Of a stretch of 64,000 nucleotides of DNA, positions 59,688-64,000 are shown piece by piece; positions within the stretch are counted from its first letter, which is position 1; the number at the start of each line of letters is the position of its first letter. Source of the stretch: Roseibacillus sp. GTDB taxonomy: Bacteria > Verrucomicrobiota > Verrucomicrobiia > Verrucomicrobiales > Akkermansiaceae. The position numbers and the translations under genes are program-made. The DNA lies in assembly GCA_965242925.1 (NCBI GenBank), contig CBDEUM010000037.1, positions 32,001-96,000 of the forward strand, in the 5' to 3' direction. Below the pieces are notes generated by a model. The model made no database searches. It was not told where the DNA came from and was given only the letters and a program-made list of their open reading frames with translations.

Positions 59688-61283
59688 ATGCTCATCCGTC
59701 TTACAGGTATTTTTCTGATTGTGATCAGCGTGGGTGCGGTGATCGCTCATCACTTTGAATTGTCCCTGCCTACCATCGACTGGTTCTTCTCTTTTGATTC
59801 CAAGGAGAAGGAGCTTGTCGAGGCCTCGTGGTGGGCAAAGAATCAGGCCGGTGTTATTGGGCATGCCCTATGTAGTGTCCCACTGGTGATTGGGGTGCTT
59901 GCCCTGCTGGTCTCCCTGCGGACGAAGTCCCGGAAAGTGAACTGGAATCCCCAGACGCTCCGTAAGCTGAAGCGCTTCAAGTCGATCACCCGGGGCTATG
60001 TCTCCCTCTGGATCCTTGCAGGATTGCTCTTCCTCACCTTGCTCGACCACGCCCTGGTCGGAAAGAAGGCTCTCCTGGTGAAGTATGATGGGAAGCTTTA
60101 CAGCCCGGCCTTTGTGCAACGAAGCTATATGGGAGAGGACTTCGGGCAGGAGGGGCAAAGCGAGGTCGACTACCGGGATCTCAAGGAGGTGTTCGCAAAG
60201 GAGAAAGGCGGAGAGAACTGGGTCCTGCTCCCCCTGGTCCCCTTTGATGCCACCTTTGACTCTGCAGAGCCGCTCAAGGAGGTGTTAACGGAGCGGGATG
60301 GAGTGTTTTACCGGGAGAGTGAACAGAAGCCCTATTCGGGCCTGGGCTATCGTTATTATGCCGATGAAATGGACAAAAGGCACTCCATGGTGCGTTTCCG
60401 CAAGGGGGTTCGGCAGGGGCGCGAGGAGTACTACGGACGGTCCGGTGGCGATATGATCGGACACTATGGATGGACGGATGGGGTGCGTAGCGCCGATCCG
60501 GCGATGGGGGAGGATCAGGTCCGGGCGGCCGAGAAGGAGGAGACCACGGAGTGGCAGTCGGTGCGCTATCCGCCTCTTCCCCCCAGTCTCAAGACCCGGC
60601 ACTATCTCGGAACGGATTCACGGGGATGGGATGTCCTGGCCCAGATTTACGGGGGCCTGCAATTGGTCTTCCAGGCGGCCATCATCTACCTGTTGGTGAC
60701 CTATGCGATCGGGATCACCCTGGGAAGCCTGATGGGCTATCTGGGGGGGGGCTTTGATATCGTGGTGCAGCGGTTCATTGAAATCCTGGCCAATGTGCCT
60801 TTCCTATACGTAGTCATCATCATTGCCGACAGGATCGGGCGGGAGGATGTGACCCTTGTGACGATCCTGCTGGTGCTCTGTATCTTCTCCTGGATCGGGA
60901 TCACGTATTACATGAGGACCGCAGCCTACCGGGAGAAGGCGAGGGATTACGTGGCCGCCGCCCGGGTCCTGGGAGCCGGTCCAATCCGGGTGATTTTCCG
61001 CCACGTTCTGCCCAACGCGATCTCGATCGTGGTGACCCTGCTGCCCTTCAGTGTGGTAGGAGTCATCACGGCCCTGACAGCTCTCGACTTCATTGGGTTC
61101 GGACTTCCTGATACCTATCCCAGTTGGGGCCGAATTCTGGGGGACGGAGTTAGCAATCTCGACTACCCTTGGATCGTGGCCTCGGTCTTCGGGGGAATGG
61201 TGACTGTCCTGCTTCTCGTGACCTTTGTGGGAGAGGCCGTGCGGGAGGCCTTCGATCCTAAGAAATTCACCACCTACCGTTGA
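59688..61283 (+). CDS. YejE/OppC-like ABC permease with a MORN-like insertion
   Basis: HYLGTDSRGWDV, DYVAAARVLG, FVGEAVREAFDP. Confidence 0.9.
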   Translation: MLIRLTGIFLIVISVGAVIAHHFELSLPTIDWFFSFDSKEKELVEASWWAKNQAGVIGHALCSVPLVIGVLALLVSLRTKSRKVNWNPQTLRKLKRFKSITRGYVSLWILAGLLFLTLLDHALVGKKALLVKYDGKLYSPAFVQRSYMGEDFGQEGQSEVDYRDLKEVFAKEKGGENWVLLPLVPFDATFDSAEPLKEVLTERDGVFYRESEQKPYSGLGYRYYADEMDKRHSMVRFRKGVRQGREEYYGRSGGDMIGHYGWTDGVRSADPAMGEDQVRAAEKEETTEWQSVRYPPLPPSLKTRHYLGTDSRGWDVLAQIYGGLQLVFQAAIIYLLVTYAIGITLGSLMGYLGGGFDIVVQRFIEILANVPFLYVVIIIADRIGREDVTLVTILLVLCIFSWIGITYYMRTAAYREKARDYVAAARVLGAGPIRVIFRHVLPNAISIVVTLLPFSVVGVITALTALDFIGFGLPDTYPSWGRILGDGVSNLDYPWIVASVFGGMVTVLLLVTFVGEAVREAFDPKKFTTYR

Positions 61284-61285
61284 TC

Positions 61286-63323
61286 ATGAATCCGTTGCAC
61301 CTGGTTTTCCTGTTGCTTGTGGTAGCCCTTGCGGGCTGCGACAGCAGGAAGGATTTTTTAGACTATGATAATGATAAGGATGTAACTGGATTCAGGGAGA
61401 TTCAGAACGAGAAGGTCCTGGGGAAGCTTGAGGAGAAGAAGGAGGAGTTGACCAAGCAGCTGGCAGAGCCCGGGGAGGAGGACCGGGACAAGCTGGAAGA
61501 AGATCTCGCCAATACCAACCGTCGTCTCGGTTACCCGGAATTCTTTACATATGACGCCACCATGGAGGATCTGCCGGAGGATCTCACCTGGGAGGAGGGG
61601 CTCGACCAGCCTGAGCTGGGATCCTCCCGCGCGAAGAAGGGGGGAACCTTCAACACCTATTTCTCAGGCCTTTCCTTTCCTCCCACCATTCGCCCCATCG
61701 GCAGGAATGCGAATAACAGTTTTCGTTCCGAACACTGGGATAATGTCGAGATGGCCCTGGTTTCCCTGCATCCCAACACGATGGAAACGATCCCGGGCTT
61801 GGCCGATCGCTGGGCGGTGGGGACAGATGGAAGAACGGTCTACTTCCGGATCAACAAGGAAGGCGAAATGGTCAGATGGTAACCCAGTCACAGTGGACGA
61901 CTTTTTCATGACCTTCCACGTGTGTCTCTCGGAGTATATCACCGGTCCCTGGTACCGGGATTATTATGGGACGATGTTCGAGAACATCACCCGCTATGAT
62001 GATCGGCATCTCTCGGTGCGACTGGCCAACAAGAAGCCCAAGCCGGAGTATTACGCCTCCCTGACCCCGTATTCCCGGGTATTCTATAGTGAGTTTGGCA
62101 TAGATTTCGAGGAGCGCTACAACTGGAGAGTGCGCCCAACCACGGGAGCATACCAGATCCTCAAGGAAGACGTGGTGAAGGGGCGGAGCATCACCCTCTC
62201 CCGGGTGAGGAACTGGTGGGCGGGAGACCAGAAGTATTATCGCTACCGCTTTAATGTAGACCGGATTAAATACAAAGTGGTTCGAACCGATGATAAGGTC
62301 TTTGAGCTCTTCAAGAAGGGAGAGATCGACATGTTTCACCTGGGTCTTCCCAAGAGGTGGTATGAGCAGATGGAAATCCCGGAGGTGTTCAACGGCTATC
62401 TTGAGAAGAAGACCTTCTACAACGTCTACCCGCGGGTGCCCCGGGGCCTTTATATCAATCACTCCCGGCCCTTTCTGGGAGATGTGAATGTGCGGATGGG
62501 CCTGCAGCATGCTACCAACTGGCAGAAAGTGATCGATATCGACCTGCGGGGAGACGCGGGCCGATTGAATATCTACAACGAGGGTTACGGTCAGTTCAGC
62601 AACCCGGAGATCACGGCCCGGAAATATTCCCCGGAGAAAGCCCGGGAGGCCTTTGCCAAGGCGGGCTTCACGAAGCAGGGAAACGATGGAGTGCTCCAGA
62701 ACGAGAAAGGAGAAAAGCTCAGTTTCTCCATCACCCACACCGCCAGCCCGGTGGTGGGCAAGATGTTACAGCGGCTCAAGGAAGAGGCTCTCAAGGCCGG
62801 GCTGGAGTATCGGCTCGATGGCATAGAAGGCACGGCGAGCTACCAGAAGGTAATGGAGAAAAAGCATGACCTGACCTTCTGGGGGTGGGGGACCCAGCCG
62901 CCCTTTCCACGGTATTTCGAGGGAATTCACTCCTCCAATGCCTACGATCCTGGGACCACGACCCCGCGGATGCAGACCAACAATATTTCGGTTTATGCCA
63001 ATCCAGAGGCCGATCCGCTGGCGCAGGGAATCCGGTTTGCGACCTCGGAGAAGGAGATTCGGGAGATGTCGTGGGAACTGGAGCAGATCCTGCATGACAC
63101 AGCGTTCTGGATTCCGGGCTACAAGAGGGAGAGCTACCGGCTTGGGCATTGGCGGTGGATGCAGTGGCCGGACGACTTCAATGTGAAAATGACCCGGGAG
63201 GCCCAGGAGAGCTACGTCTACTGGATTGATGTGGAGGAGCAGGAGAAGACCCTGCGGGCCAGGAGCCGGGATGAGGCCTATCCCGAGGTGGATGAAGTGT
63301 ATGACCAATACCGGGTAAAGTAA
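61286..63323 (+). CDS. YejA-like substrate-binding lipoprotein, split by a +1 frameshift near 61859-61863
   Basis: Lipobox LAGC, AKKGG; deleting one base joins YFRINKE to [14 protein letters not shown]. Confidence 0.85.
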
Positions 63324-64000
63324 TGACGGAGGAGGATCCAGCGAAGGCAGCCGATCGCGAGATCGACGAGAAGCACGACCCGAAGTCGCAGGAGCTCCTC
63401 CGGGTGCGAGGGCTGGAGAGTGCCTTCGATACCGAGCGGGGTCTGTTGAAGGCGGTGGACGGGGTCTCCTTTTCAGTGGATCGTGGGCAGACTCTCGGGA
63501 TCGTGGGAGAATCCGGGTGCGGGAAGAGCGTCACTGCGATGTCGTTGATCAGCCTGCTGCCGCGGCCGGCGGGGAAGGTGCTGGCGGGAGAGGTAATCTT
63601 CAAGGGAGAGGACTTGCAGAAGGTCTCCGAGAAGCGGTTGCATGAAGTGCGGGGCGGGGAGATTGGGACGATTTTCCAGGAACCCATGACGGCCCTGAAC
63701 CCGGTGCACCGGATTGGGCGCCAGGTCAGCGAGGTGTTCAGGCTGCACAAGAAGATGGACAAGAAGGAGGCCTGGGAGGCGGCGATTGAAGCCCTGCGTA
63801 TGACCCGGATTCCCTCTCCGGAGGTCCGGGTGGGGGACTATCCCCACCAGTTGTCGGGAGGCATGCGACAGCGGGTGGTGATTGCGATGGCGCTGGCCTG
63901 TCAGCCTGATCTACTCATTGCTGATGAGCCCACCACGGCGCTGGATGTCACGGTGCAGGCCCAGATTCTTGACCTGATCCAGGGCCTGCAGGCAGAGATG
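63323..64000 (+). CDS. Peptide ABC ATP-binding protein (OppD/DppD-like), truncated by the window end
   Basis: Manual translation from ATG 63323: [48 protein letters not shown]. Confidence 0.93.
   Translation, partial: MTEEDPAKAADREIDEKHDPKSQELLRVRGLESAFDTERGLLKAVDGVSFSVDRGQTLGIVGESGCGKSVTAMSLISLLPRPAGKVLAGEVIFKGEDLQKVSEKRLHEVRGGEIGTIFQEPMTALNPVHRIGRQVSEVFRLHKKMDKKEAWEAAIEALRMTRIPSPEVRVGDYPHQLSGGMRQRVVIAMALACQPDLLIADEPTTALDVTVQAQILDLIQGLQAEM

Overview
GC-rich bacterial chromosomal window, most likely Verrucomicrobiota (inferred from PVC-type CxxCH, DUF1592/DUF1552 and DUF1080 genes and the respiratory gene order). From start to end it holds: periplasmic redox proteins, a tricorn protease, a putative L-hexose/tagaturonate cluster, a hybrid histidine kinase and a decaying patch at 24.4-26.1 kb (interrupted Phd-VapC module, aldehyde dehydrogenase remnant, internally deleted AraC gene). 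These are followed by a xylA-xylB-IolE-Gfo-Gfo-ThuA sugar cluster, a 16-gene respiratory operon at 34.2-52.1 kb, radC, lpxA and two divergent peptide ABC operons. The respiratory operon is the most striking feature. It lies behind two perfect Rex/CRP-like boxes and joins alternative complex III to a cbb3-like module and an A1-type oxidase. The CcoN-like subunit has lost five of six metal-ligand histidines and the CcoO-like subunit has Cys in place of the axial Met. The A1 oxidase lacks the K-channel lysine and its subunit III carries a ~460-aa insertion. Two genes show single-base frameshifts that are probably sequencing errors. No rRNA, tRNA, CRISPR array or intact transposase was seen. All family calls come from motif recognition by eye, not database searches.
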